Below are positions 19,677-29,356 of a stretch of 64,000 nt of DNA, piece after piece. The position numbers and the translations under genes are program-made. Each line of letters starts with the position of its first letter. Position 1 is the first letter of the stretch. The stretch is from an uncultured Nitrospiraceae bacterium (GTDB taxonomy: Bacteria; Nitrospirota; Thermodesulfovibrionia; Thermodesulfovibrionales; Dissulfurispiraceae), in assembly GCA_963705105.1 (NCBI GenBank), contig CAVPIW010000006.1, positions 288,001 through 352,000 of the forward strand, read 5' to 3'. Below the pieces are notes generated by a model. The model made no database searches and was not told the DNA's origin. It saw only the letters and a list, made by a program, of their open reading frames with translations.

Positions 19677-20864
19677 ATGCAGTACATCGGGTTCACCATG
19701 GACGGCAGTGAATATGCGATTCCCATTCTCAAGGTGCAGGAGATCATCAATGTCCCTCCTCTGACGAAAATGCCCCAGGCCCCGCCCTATGTCAAGGGGA
19801 TAACGAACCTGAGAGGCAGGGTCATTCCTGTCATGAACCTCAGGAGAATTATCGGATGGGCCGACGGTGTCGGGGCGCCTTCCGGCGGCAAGGTCATTGT
19901 CCTGACATCGGGCCGTATCACTTTCGGCATTCTTGTCGACGGCATCGCGGGAGTCGTAGACGTCGATGACTCCGACATTGAACACCCCGCTGATCTCAAT
20001 GCCGCAGACGCCGTTTCAGGGGTTGCAAAGTTCGGGGACCGCCTTCTCGTCATGCTTGATGTGAGGAAGCTCATACCCATGGAGGACCTGGAACTGTTCG
20101 AAGACGAGGTCTGCTCTGTGACGGAGGCGGGTGACAAGGTTGAACTTGTCAAGAAAGTGGACGGCATGGGGGGAGAGATGTTCGTAAAAGAAATCGTCGA
20201 TGCAAAGGACTTTTTCGAGAGAAAAGGCCTGGACCTCAATGATCCGAGATTTGCGCTTTTCGACGACATGGTGGATTTTATGAATGCCGCCACAAACCGG
20301 GACTATGAAAAGGCCGACAGGGCGATCCAGAATATCTTTACCAAGGGCAGGGGAGACCTGTACAAGGAAGTCGGAAAGGTGACACGAAAGCTCCATGATT
20401 CCATAAAGTGTTTCAAGGAGGCGATCGACCCGAGGCTGAAGGACATAGCGACGACGGACATGCCGAGGGCGGTGGACAGGCTCAACTATGTCATCGAGAA
20501 GACCGAGGAGGCCGCGAACAGGACGCTCGTGCTTGCCGAAAAGTACATCATGAGCATGGATGATTTCTCATCGCATGTCCGGAATCTCGACGGCCCGGAG
20601 GAGTCAGTGGCATTTCTCAAAACATATAAAGGGCAACTCGAAACGGATCTTATGGATGTGATCACGACGCAGTCCTTCCAGGACATCACGGGGCAGTCGA
20701 TCAGGAAGGTCATCAAGGTCGTGGGAGACATCGAGGACGAGCTCGTGAGACTCATCACCACCTTCGGCGTGAAGATGGAGGATCTGTCGGGCGGAAGGGA
20801 AACAGAGGAAGAGAAGGTCTCCCAGTCCGACGTGGACGACCTTCTCAGGGATTTCGGCTTCTGA
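19677..20864 (+). CDS. CheW-CheZ fusion protein
   Basis: N-terminal CheW (VKGITNLRGRVIPV). C-terminal CheZ (RLNYVIEKTEEAANRT, SFQDITGQ, SQSDVDDLLRDFGF). Confidence 0.88.
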   Translation: MQYIGFTMDGSEYAIPILKVQEIINVPPLTKMPQAPPYVKGITNLRGRVIPVMNLRRIIGWADGVGAPSGGKVIVLTSGRITFGILVDGIAGVVDVDDSDIEHPADLNAADAVSGVAKFGDRLLVMLDVRKLIPMEDLELFEDEVCSVTEAGDKVELVKKVDGMGGEMFVKEIVDAKDFFERKGLDLNDPRFALFDDMVDFMNAATNRDYEKADRAIQNIFTKGRGDLYKEVGKVTRKLHDSIKCFKEAIDPRLKDIATTDMPRAVDRLNYVIEKTEEAANRTLVLAEKYIMSMDDFSSHVRNLDGPEESVAFLKTYKGQLETDLMDVITTQSFQDITGQSIRKVIKVVGDIEDELVRLITTFGVKMEDLSGGRETEEEKVSQSDVDDLLRDFGF

Positions 20865-20991
20865 CAGGCATTTCATCGGCATCCTCATTTTCACCGTTCG
20901 CCCGGTCAGCACCACGGGATAATCCTGCCGGCACATTTACCCCGCCGTTCATGCGACTGCATGGCCTCCTTGTCGCGTAGCAGGAAGTTAA

Positions 20992-21174
20992 CCTTTCAGT
21001 TGCATGGAAAGGCGGGGCGAAGCACTCTGAAAACAGTGTCCGTGTGAGTGTGAGTGTCAGTGACGGAAAAGATGTCCAATTCCCCCATGTCACGATACAG
21101 GTGTCGCCGCAGTAAGGTTTTCGGCGCATTCACCCCAGCCCCGCCTTTCCCGGGAGTGTATTGCAACGATAAGG
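20992..21174 (+). mobile_element. MITE-like repeat copy 2 (core B)
   Basis: CCTTTCAGTTGCA...TGCAACGATAAGG; TTAA direct repeats. Confidence 0.85.
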
Positions 21175-21175
21175 T

Positions 21176-21203
21176 TAAAGTTCAGTCCGACAATGACCGA
21201 TAT
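21176..21203 (+). promoter_or_regulatory. Possible sigma28 promoter for PBP-MCP
   Basis: TAAA-N16-ACCGATAT; consensus is TAAA-N15-GCCGATAA. Confidence 0.45.
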
Positions 21204-21244
21204 TAAAGAACAGCAATAATATCTGCACACCGGAGGGAATACCC

Positions 21245-22021
21245 ATGTCGTGTATTAGAGAAAATGGCCTGGTGTCGTTTTTCATGATGATGATTGTAAT
21301 CCTGCTGCTCATGGGAAACGTGGCCTATGCCGACGAACTCAGGATCGGCGCCGGGGCCGCTCCGACGGAAAATGTGTTGAAGCCCCTGAAGGAGCCCTTC
21401 GAGAAAGCCACGGGGATAAAGCTGACAATCATCTCGTCGGGACCGAAGATCGCCCTGCAGGACCTCGAAAAGGGCGCCGTCGATGCGGCTTCAGCAGGTC
21501 TGACATATGACGACTGGATGAGCCTCATGCAGAAGGAAGGCGCCGAGGTTAAGGACGCCGGGTCGCTGCAGCGGTTCATCATCGGAAAGGACAGCATCGT
21601 TGTCCTCGTGCACAAGGACAACCCCGTCACAAAGCTCTCCAAGGATCAGCTTAAGGGCGTCTTCAACGGCAAGATACAAAACTGGAAAGAGGTAGGAGGC
21701 AGGGATATGCCCATCATCGTCGTCTGGGGCAAACTCATCCCCGGAACGAACAGCCTGTTTCAGAAGCATATCATGGATGGAGAGGCCGTTGTGAAGGACG
21801 TGCTCGATGCGACGACGGCTGAGGACGTGAAACAGAATATCGGCGCCAATCCCGAGGCAGTCGGCATCGGACCGAAAGCAGTCGTGGACGGGTCGGTCAG
21901 GTCACCGGAGACCCCAGAGGTCTCCAGGCCCATCACCCTGCTGACCAAGGGCGATCCCTCGGTGAACGTCCGGAAGCTCCTCGATTTCATCAAGGGAGAG
22001 GGGCAGAAGTATGTCAAGTAA
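21245..22021 (+). CDS. Periplasmic substrate-binding protein, PstS/PBP2-like
   Basis: Signal peptide (AYA/DE); IGKDSIVVLVHKDNPVTKLS and GKIQNWKEVGG. Confidence 0.85.
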   Translation: MSCIRENGLVSFFMMMIVILLLMGNVAYADELRIGAGAAPTENVLKPLKEPFEKATGIKLTIISSGPKIALQDLEKGAVDAASAGLTYDDWMSLMQKEGAEVKDAGSLQRFIIGKDSIVVLVHKDNPVTKLSKDQLKGVFNGKIQNWKEVGGRDMPIIVVWGKLIPGTNSLFQKHIMDGEAVVKDVLDATTAEDVKQNIGANPEAVGIGPKAVVDGSVRSPETPEVSRPITLLTKGDPSVNVRKLLDFIKGEGQKYVK

Positions 22022-22132
22022 GAACAGGGGAGAGAAGAACCCGATCAAGCAGTAACATCAGGATGGACTGCTGTTACCCTGAAACCGACGGCGGCAGCAT
22101 GTCGCTTTGATAAGTGAAAGGGAAGGGAAGGC

Positions 22133-24577
22133 ATGACCATTAGAAAGAGGCTGACGCTGAACGTCCTGTTCGTTTCCGTGATCGTGGGGGCTGTCGTCGT
22201 CACGGGCATTCTCGGGATGTGGTTCGTCAGGAGCAAGCTTACCTATCTCACAGAGCAGAGTACGCCTTTCCAGATGAGGACGCTTGATTTCCAGAGGGCA
22301 CTGCAGGGCGCCACGGCAGACCTCGTGAAAGTGGGCGCCGCGGACTCGAAGGAGGGATATGCTCTTTTCCGGAAGGAGGCGGAGCTGTCTCTGGCCGAAG
22401 TTAAAAAAGCTCAGGAGACGCTCCGGAATCTGTCCGGCGAATCGAAGACAAAGGCCTACGAAGAGCTTGAGGGGATCGCCTCGGAGATGTTCGCGGTGAC
22501 ACAGGGAAGGCTCGATGCGGAAGACCAGGCCCAATCGGCCAGCAAGACGATCACGCAACGCCTCAGGGAGGCATCGGCGAAGCTGAAAGATCTCGATTCG
22601 AGAATCAAGCATATCCAGGGCAACCGGACAAAGGCGTTCGGGGCGTCGATGGAGGATACGAAGAATATCACGTCAAAACTCAGGAGCGTCGATACTTTCA
22701 AGGCAATTCTCAAGGATCTCCAGATCGCCGTCATGGAACTCCAGCGTTCGCAGGACAGGAAGACGCTCATCATCGCGCGGGGAAAAATCAATGCGATCAT
22801 GAGCAAAGCGATCCAGAACGATCACGTGAAGGAGTCGAAGAACCTCACTGCCGATATAAAGTCAGTCGGAGAAAAGATCGATGAACTCATCAGGCTGCAG
22901 GGTCAGGCAAACGGGGAATCGAAGAGCCGCATCGAAGCACTTCTGGCAGATGTGAATGAAAAGGTCTCGGCTCTGCTGCTTATGGTCGAACAGGACATCC
23001 TGACGACCGCCGAGAGGTCCGGCACGGAAGCAGGACGTCAGAACTCCATCTTCGGCCAGACGATGGTCGCAAATACCGTTTTATCGAATACCTTCGAAAT
23101 AACGGCGTACGGCATTACCCTGGAGGGTCTCGCGACGAGGCTCTTTACCGTCAATTCTGAGCGCGAACTCGGCTCAATCGAGACGGAGCTCAGGGGGGCC
23201 TTCGAGAGGATTGAAAGCGTCGAAAAGACGCTGCGGAGCGCCCTTGTCAGGCTTGATGCAAAGGAAGAGCAGAAAACGCTTCAGGCTGTCGTTGAGTCGG
23301 TGAACTCGATCAAGGGTACTCTTTTTTCCGGCAGCGGGATCATCGCAAAGGTCCGTCACCGGCTCGCCATGAAAGAGAAATCGCTGATGGCGACGGAGAG
23401 GCTGAGGGATATTGTGCTCAAACAGGCCGAACTGGGCAAAAATACCATCCTGGTCGCCCGGGGCGACCAGGAAAATGCGATCGCTGCCGTGAACAGGGTC
23501 GTCCAGTTCAGCACCCTTCTTATCGCCACCATCGGTGTCGGAGCGCTCGTCTTCGGCATCCTTTTCGGTATATGGGTATACCGCTCCATCGCCGGCCCTC
23601 TCAAACAGCTCATGCAGGTCTCCGAAAAGGTGGCCGACGGCGACCTTACCGGAGCGATCGAAGACCGGTCCGCGAAGGATGAGATCGGGACGGTGCAGGC
23701 GTCGATGTCCTCTATGGTCCGAAATCTCCGGGATATTGTCGACAAGATCAGGTTGTCCACGGGCAGTCTGGCGAGCAGCTCCGAGGAGCTCTCCGCGACG
23801 GCCGTTGCACTGGAAAAGGGCTCACGGGAGCAGGTTCTGCAGATCGAACAGTCCGCGACGGCGATGACGCAGATGTCACAGACCACCATCGACATGGCCC
23901 GCAACGCATTGGACACCGCAAAAGCCGCCCAGGACATGCGGAGTATCGCCGAGGGCGGCAGGGACACAATGGAAACCACGGCGAAGGAACTCACAAAGTT
24001 CAGGGATTCCGTGCAGGAGTCAGCCGGCAGGATTGAAGCGCTCGGGCAGAAGTCCGGTGAGATCCATTCCATCGTGACCCTGATCAAAGACATTGCCGAC
24101 CAGACGAATCTTCTTGCATTGAACGCGGCGATCGAGGCGGCCCGGGCCGGTGAGCAGGGCAGGGGATTCGCCGTCGTTGCGGACAATGTAAGGCAGCTGG
24201 CGGAGCGGTCGTCCCATGCAGCGGGAGAGATCGGTAAAACCGTGCAATCCATACAGGAAGACGTTCAATCATCGGTCCATCTCATGCAGGATGAACGCAG
24301 GTCCATCAACAGGGTCATGGGACATGTTGACAGCAACATGAAGGCGATCGATCACATCGTCTCCTATGTCGGGCAGGTGAGCGATATGGTGCAGCGGATC
24401 GCCGCCGCCATTGAAGAGCAGACAACGGCGTCCCAGGAGGTTTCGGGGGCTATGGAAAACACATCCCTGATCACGCGGGACCTCAACAATGCTGTCGGCG
24501 AGATCAAGAGGTCCGCCGATGAGCTGGCCGTGCTCGCCGCGGAGCTCGACGAAAAGGCGGCATGGTTCAAAGTTTAG
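22133..24577 (+). CDS. Methyl-accepting chemotaxis protein with large periplasmic domain
   Basis: Two TMs, HAMP, and [30 protein letters not shown]. Confidence 0.95.
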   Translation: MTIRKRLTLNVLFVSVIVGAVVVTGILGMWFVRSKLTYLTEQSTPFQMRTLDFQRALQGATADLVKVGAADSKEGYALFRKEAELSLAEVKKAQETLRNLSGESKTKAYEELEGIASEMFAVTQGRLDAEDQAQSASKTITQRLREASAKLKDLDSRIKHIQGNRTKAFGASMEDTKNITSKLRSVDTFKAILKDLQIAVMELQRSQDRKTLIIARGKINAIMSKAIQNDHVKESKNLTADIKSVGEKIDELIRLQGQANGESKSRIEALLADVNEKVSALLLMVEQDILTTAERSGTEAGRQNSIFGQTMVANTVLSNTFEITAYGITLEGLATRLFTVNSERELGSIETELRGAFERIESVEKTLRSALVRLDAKEEQKTLQAVVESVNSIKGTLFSGSGIIAKVRHRLAMKEKSLMATERLRDIVLKQAELGKNTILVARGDQENAIAAVNRVVQFSTLLIATIGVGALVFGILFGIWVYRSIAGPLKQLMQVSEKVADGDLTGAIEDRSAKDEIGTVQASMSSMVRNLRDIVDKIRLSTGSLASSSEELSATAVALEKGSREQVLQIEQSATAMTQMSQTTIDMARNALDTAKAAQDMRSIAEGGRDTMETTAKELTKFRDSVQESAGRIEALGQKSGEIHSIVTLIKDIADQTNLLALNAAIEAARAGEQGRGFAVVADNVRQLAERSSHAAGEIGKTVQSIQEDVQSSVHLMQDERRSINRVMGHVDSNMKAIDHIVSYVGQVSDMVQRIAAAIEEQTTASQEVSGAMENTSLITRDLNNAVGEIKRSADELAVLAAELDEKAAWFKV

Positions 24578-24599
24578 ATTGTCATGGCGCAAGGCGGAG

Positions 24600-25661
24600 A
24601 TGGTAGTGATGGTCAGGGTTCTTATTGTTGATGATTCCGCTTTCATGCGGAACGCCCTTTCGAGGATGCTCTCGTCAGACTCGGAGATCACCGTCGTCGG
24701 CACAGCGAAAGACGGGCTGGAGGCCATTGAGAAAGTGGTCAGCCTGAAACCCGACGTCGTCACGATGGATGTGGAGATGCCGAGGATGGACGGAGTGACG
24801 GCTCTCAGGCATATCATGGAGCAAAATCCGCTTCCCGTCATCATGGTCAGCTCCCTTACCGATAAGGGTGCAAAAGTGACCCTTGACGCACTCGATCTGG
24901 GGGCCGTGGATTTCATCCCGAAGAACCTTTCCGATCTCTCGATCAACATTGTCAGGATACAGGAGGACCTGCTCGAAAAGATCGGGCACTTCGGAAGGAA
25001 AGGTCTCCCGCTGAGACATAGAAAGCCGGTGCAGGCGCCGGCGTCGGCAGCCACTGAGAGCGTCGCCCGCCCTTGCCACGCCACCGGCGTGAGGAGGGTC
25101 GGCATCGTCACGATCGGGACATCAACGGGGGGGCCCAAGGCCCTTCAGGAGATCATACCGAGGCTTCCGGTAAATTTTCCGGTCCCCGTTGTCGTGGCTC
25201 AGCACATGCCTCCGAATTTCACGAAATACTTTGCGGACCGCCTCAACCAGCTCAGCCGGATCAGGGTGAAGGAGGCCGAAGAAGGTGACAGGCTTGAGCC
25301 GGGCACCGTGATGATAGCCCCCGGCAGGGGTCACATGCGGATCAAAAAGAGAGGTATCGAAGTCACCGTTACGATCTCTGAAGATCCGGGCGAATTCATC
25401 TATCGGCCGTCCGTCGATGCTCTTTTCCTGTCCGCTTCAGAAATTTATTCCGACAGATCCCTCGGGGTGATCCTGACAGGTATGGGGAATGACGGCTTGA
25501 AGGGCTCAACGGCGCTGAAACAGGCGGGCGGGCGGGTTTTTGCGCAGAATGAGGAGACTTGTGTCGTCTATGGCATGCCGAAGGCGGTGATCGAGGGGGG
25601 GCTGGCCGATAAGGTGCTTCCCGTAGAACAGATTGCAGGAGAGATTGTAAATACGGTATAG
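24600..25661 (+). CDS. cheB: CheB methylesterase
   Basis: REC domain followed by STGGP, QHMPP and LTGMGNDG. Confidence 0.96.
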   Translation: MVVMVRVLIVDDSAFMRNALSRMLSSDSEITVVGTAKDGLEAIEKVVSLKPDVVTMDVEMPRMDGVTALRHIMEQNPLPVIMVSSLTDKGAKVTLDALDLGAVDFIPKNLSDLSINIVRIQEDLLEKIGHFGRKGLPLRHRKPVQAPASAATESVARPCHATGVRRVGIVTIGTSTGGPKALQEIIPRLPVNFPVPVVVAQHMPPNFTKYFADRLNQLSRIRVKEAEEGDRLEPGTVMIAPGRGHMRIKKRGIEVTVTISEDPGEFIYRPSVDALFLSASEIYSDRSLGVILTGMGNDGLKGSTALKQAGGRVFAQNEETCVVYGMPKAVIEGGLADKVLPVEQIAGEIVNTV

Positions 25662-25735
25662 CCTTTCCGGGTGTGTGTGATGCGCTTGCAAGCCGTTTCG
25701 TTTGAACGTCCGGTTACAGGGGGGAATGAGGACAC

Positions 25736-25951
25736 ATGGAAGACAACAGACTGAAAAAATTCGACATGCAAAATCTTGACATTCCTGCCCTTCCGGCCGT
25801 CGCGTCGAGGGCGCTCCAGATCCTTCAGCGCGACGACGCCACGGTGAACGATATAGAAGATGTGCTCATGACGGATCAGGGTTTTTCGAGGGAGTTGATC
25901 GCCTCCTTTCAGAAAGTTTATGATGAACAAAAGGAATCCCTCCGGGTTTGA
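25736..25951 (+). pseudogene. Internally deleted HDOD-domain gene
   Basis: HDOD N-terminus (IPALPAVA..L..DDATVNDI..V.MTDQGFS) joined to a short C-terminal tail; only 71 aa. Confidence 0.6.
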
Positions 25952-25988
25952 GGCCCGTCGCAGGGTTTGTTCGCTGCAGGAGGCCGCT

Positions 25989-26183
25989 ATGGCAGATGAT
26001 GAAGGAATCGGTGGACTTTACAGGATCGGGACCGTCCGCTCCATAGGAGCGGCGAAGGTGTTCCCCATACGCCGTCTGAAGAGAAGACCGAAGGCTGTTA
26101 TGTCCGAGGAAAAAGAAAAGGAAAAAGAGAAAAACCTCAAATCCGGGGAAGGCGAGGGCGGAACTGTGGATGTCATGGTATAA
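25989..26183 (+). CDS. Small hypothetical protein (64 aa) ending GGTVDVMV
   Basis: RBS GGAGG; charged middle; stop codon lies within the MITE target duplication. Confidence 0.55.
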   Translation: MADDEGIGGLYRIGTVRSIGAAKVFPIRRLKRRPKAVMSEEKEKEKEKNLKSGEGEGGTVDVMV

Positions 26184-26395
26184 CCTTGCAATTGCACAAA
26201 AAGGCGGGGCGAAGCGCCTCAAAGCCTTGCTGAAGGCGACGATAAGCCTCGTCAGTTTTGTCTTTCAGGATTCTACTCTTTGTGTGATCGATCATTTGTT
26301 TGTTTTATTGTCTTCAGTGAAGGTTAAGGTGTCGCCGCATCAAGGTTTTCGGCGCATACACCCCGCCTTTCCTGATGGCGTATGCAACGATAAGG
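26184..26395 (+). mobile_element. MITE-like repeat copy 3 (core C)
   Basis: CCTTGCAATTGCA...TGCAACGATAAGG; TATAA direct repeats. Confidence 0.85.
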
Positions 26396-26594
26396 TATAA
26401 TTTGCCCGGTCAGGGAAAAATTTGCCGGTTCCACCTGTCATAATCATGTCGTTTATACCCTCCTGAATTTTCGACTTGCCTCCGCCCCTGCAGAATTAGC
26501 AGGGCAAGGCACCTTCGCCATAGCAATAGTGCCGGTGCCGGTTTTTTCCGCGCAGGGAATACAGCCCAGGCTTGCCTCATCGTTCCATATGCCC

Positions 26595-26767
26595 TCAGGA
26601 AAAAACTCACTTTTTCGACCATCGCGTTGAAACTTCGTCTTTCGGACGATTAAGGTGTCGCCGCAGCAAGGTTTTCGGCGCATACGCCCCGCCTTTCCCG
26701 GGAGTGTATTGCAACGATAAGGTATATTTCAGAGTGCTTTGCCCCGCCTTTCCATGCAACAGAAAGG
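26595..26767. mobile_element. Truncated MITE copy 4 (core A plus right end, 26595-26722) followed by an inverted left-end fragment (26727-26767)
   Basis: First part is near-identical to 13294-13423. Second part is the reverse complement of the left end of copies 2 and 5. Confidence 0.8.
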
Positions 26768-26770
26768 TTA

Positions 26771-26916
26771 AGTGCCTGTCCATAAAGTAAGCCTCAGCTG
26801 TCATTCCCGCAACCCCGCACTTGATGCGGGGGCGTCGGGAATCCTTCTGAAAGAACGATTCCAAACAAGCCGGAATGACAAATATACTGCACGTCATGAG
26901 TTTGTGGACAGTCACT
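26771..26916. repeat. Second inverted-repeat element enclosing a CGTC-type REP-like palindrome (26799-26880)
   Basis: AGTGCCTGTCCATAAA / TTTGTGGACAGTCACT inverted ends (14/16 match). Inner TGTCATTCC...GGGAATCC...GATTCC...GGAATGACA. Confidence 0.7.
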
Positions 26917-27002
26917 ATTTAGATTCTCAAGAAGTCGTCTGCTCACGCCTCCCCTGACGGAGTGCCCTCTTTTTTCTGCCGACAGGGGATACCGACCAAC
27001 TG

Positions 27003-27018
27003 TGGCATGACAATTGAT
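27003..27018 (+). promoter_or_regulatory. Sigma54-like promoter of the flgF operon
   Basis: TGGCATGACAATTGAT (TTGA instead of TTGC at -12), 40 nt upstream of flgF. Confidence 0.55.
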
Positions 27019-27057
27019 AGACGTTGAGTGATCTTTTTGGAAAAGAGAGGACCGTGA

Positions 27058-27777
27058 ATGTATAAAGGCATGTATGTCGCGATGGCCGGATCGCTCCTCA
27101 GGAGCCAGGAGCTTGACAATATTTCAAACAATCTCGCCAATGTGAGCACCACGGGATACAAGAGGATGTCCTTCTCTTCACGCTTTTACCCCCTGCTCGA
27201 GGGGCTGGCGGCAAAAGAAGACAGCTTCTTCCCGGGTGCGCGATCAATGGCGACAGCGACTGATGTCGTCATCGACAGCGCCGACGGCATCCTGAAAACG
27301 ACGGGCAATTCACTCGATCTCGCCATCAGGGGAGAGGGTTTCTTTGTCGTCCTGGAGAAAGGCCAGAAATATTACACCAGGAACGGGTCCTTCGCCCTTG
27401 ACAAGGACGGTTTTGTCGTCACGCCACGGGGAGGAAAAGTGCTCGACGGCAAAGACAAGCCGATAAAGCCCGGCGATGGGCCCATCACGATCAACGGTGA
27501 AGGAACGGTCACCGTCAACGGGACCGTTTCAGGAAAGATCAAGCTTGTAAAGATCGAGGACCTTCGCTACAGCGGCGATTCCCTCTTTACCGGCAGGGAG
27601 ACCGGTCCTGCGAAAGGCGATATGGTCCAGGGCAGCGTCGAGATGTCGAATGTGAATCCCATCAGGGAAATGGTCGGCATCATTAATGCTGTGCGTCAGT
27701 ATGAAATGGCCCAAAGGGTCATGCAGAGCTTCAACGAACTCACGCAGAGGACTGTGACGGAAATCGCGAAAGTTTGA
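27058..27777 (+). CDS. flgF: Basal-body rod protein FlgF
   Basis: SNNLANVSTTGYK, YTRNGSF and EMSNVNPIREM; precedes flgG. Confidence 0.92.
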   Translation: MYKGMYVAMAGSLLRSQELDNISNNLANVSTTGYKRMSFSSRFYPLLEGLAAKEDSFFPGARSMATATDVVIDSADGILKTTGNSLDLAIRGEGFFVVLEKGQKYYTRNGSFALDKDGFVVTPRGGKVLDGKDKPIKPGDGPITINGEGTVTVNGTVSGKIKLVKIEDLRYSGDSLFTGRETGPAKGDMVQGSVEMSNVNPIREMVGIINAVRQYEMAQRVMQSFNELTQRTVTEIAKV

Positions 27778-27812
27778 TGTTCCGTCATGATTCGGAGAAC
27801 GGGGGATAAATT

Positions 27813-28601
27813 ATGATACGATCACTCTTTACGGCGGCAACGGGAATGCAGGCACAGCAGCTCAACCTCGATGTCATTTCGAACAACCTGGCGAATGTCA
27901 ACACCGTCGGCTTCAAGAGGAGCCGCGCCGATTTTCAGGACCTCCTGTACAACGCAATAAAGGCCCCCGGCACTCCGTCCGGAGAAGGTGTGCAGGTCCC
28001 TTCGGGGATACAGGGTGGTCTGGGCGTGCGGCCCGTGGCTGTGCAGAAACTCTTCACCCAGGGGGATTTCATCAGCACCGGCAACGATCTCGACCTTGTC
28101 ATCGAGGGAGACGGATTCTTTCAGATCAGCCGTCCCGACGGGACGACGGCCTATACGAGGGGCGGAGCCTTCAAGATCGACCGCGACGGTCGTGTTGTCA
28201 ATTCGGACGGCTATCCTATTGAACCGGCCATTACCGTTCCTGCAGACACAACGAAAGTCGCCGTAGGCACAGACGGAAGGGTGAACGTCATCCAGTCGGG
28301 AAACCAGACGCCTGTCGAGATCGGCACGATCGAAATCGCCCGGTTCGTGAACCCTGCGGGACTCCAGGCCATCGGAAAGAACCTGTTCCTCCAGAGTGAG
28401 GCGTCCGGAGAGGCGACGACGGGAACGCCGGGCAGCGAGGGCAGGGGGAGTATCAATCAGGGATTCCTGGAGGTGTCCAACGTGAACGTCGTCGAGGAAC
28501 TGGCCAACCTGATCATCGCCCAGAGGGCCTTCGAATTCAACTCCAAGGCCCTGCAGGCCTCCGACGAGATGCTCCAGATCAGCGGGGCGCTGAAGAGATA
28601 G
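27813..28601 (+). CDS. flgG: Distal rod protein FlgG
   Basis: MIRSLFTAATGM, FQDLLY, LEVSNVNVVEE. Confidence 0.96.
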   Translation: MIRSLFTAATGMQAQQLNLDVISNNLANVNTVGFKRSRADFQDLLYNAIKAPGTPSGEGVQVPSGIQGGLGVRPVAVQKLFTQGDFISTGNDLDLVIEGDGFFQISRPDGTTAYTRGGAFKIDRDGRVVNSDGYPIEPAITVPADTTKVAVGTDGRVNVIQSGNQTPVEIGTIEIARFVNPAGLQAIGKNLFLQSEASGEATTGTPGSEGRGSINQGFLEVSNVNVVEELANLIIAQRAFEFNSKALQASDEMLQISGALKR

Positions 28602-28603
28602 GG

Positions 28604-29356
28604 GTGAGCATGATGGGAGGAAAGAGAGAGAGGACCGGACGCTCCGGGGTGGTGTTTGTCTTCCTGTCGGTCCTTGTGTTGCTATCCGGCTCCGTGCGGG
28701 CCGAGGCGGCAGGAGAAAAGGAAAAGATCATGGAGAGGATACGGCAGGCCGTCCAGACCTGTCTTCAAAAGGAGGTAAGCGGCGGCGCCGAGCTGACAGG
28801 ACTGAAGGTGGTCGAGGGCGTCGACCTCATCGATCGCAGCATGCATCTCGATGTAGACTCCGTCCATGTCCAGGGACAGAGCGGGCGCAACAGGATGCAC
28901 CTCGGCGTGGAGCTCACGGAGCGGTCATCGGGCGGAAAGATGAGTGTGCTTGTGGAAGCCTCGTACGATATCATGATCGACGTCTACGTCAGCACTCTTC
29001 CCCTGGCAAGGGGCACCGTGCTCTCGGAGGACCATGTCCACACGGTGCGCCTCCGCAATTCGAAAATCCCCGCGGGCGCCATTCTTTCAAGAGATGGATT
29101 TTTGGGCAAGGCGATCAGGTCGAACATCGCCGAGGGCATCGTCATCAGGACGGACCATCTCGTGACACAGGCAGCGGCGAAGAAGGGCCAGCGGGTCACG
29201 ATCATTCTCGAGGGCAGAAGCCTCGTCATCACCTCCAGGGGGGTCCTCCGGCAGGACGCCGTGATCGACGGAACGGCGAGGGTGCTGTGTGAGGCCACGA
29301 AGAAAGAGGTGGTCGGCACGCTGACATCGGAAGATACAGTGAGGGTTGAGCTATGA
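28604..29356 (+). CDS. flgA: P-ring chaperone FlgA
   Basis: Signal peptide and SAF-like C-terminus (LARGTVLS..., KKGQRVTI); lies between flgG and flgH. Confidence 0.8.
   Translation: MSMMGGKRERTGRSGVVFVFLSVLVLLSGSVRAEAAGEKEKIMERIRQAVQTCLQKEVSGGAELTGLKVVEGVDLIDRSMHLDVDSVHVQGQSGRNRMHLGVELTERSSGGKMSVLVEASYDIMIDVYVSTLPLARGTVLSEDHVHTVRLRNSKIPAGAILSRDGFLGKAIRSNIAEGIVIRTDHLVTQAAAKKGQRVTIILEGRSLVITSRGVLRQDAVIDGTARVLCEATKKEVVGTLTSEDTVRVEL

Noticed and set aside
26400..26960. Several 60-100 aa ORFs in the che-flg intergenic region
   Set aside because: They are translations of repeat DNA and the same peptides recur at other MITE copies. No RBS or family support.
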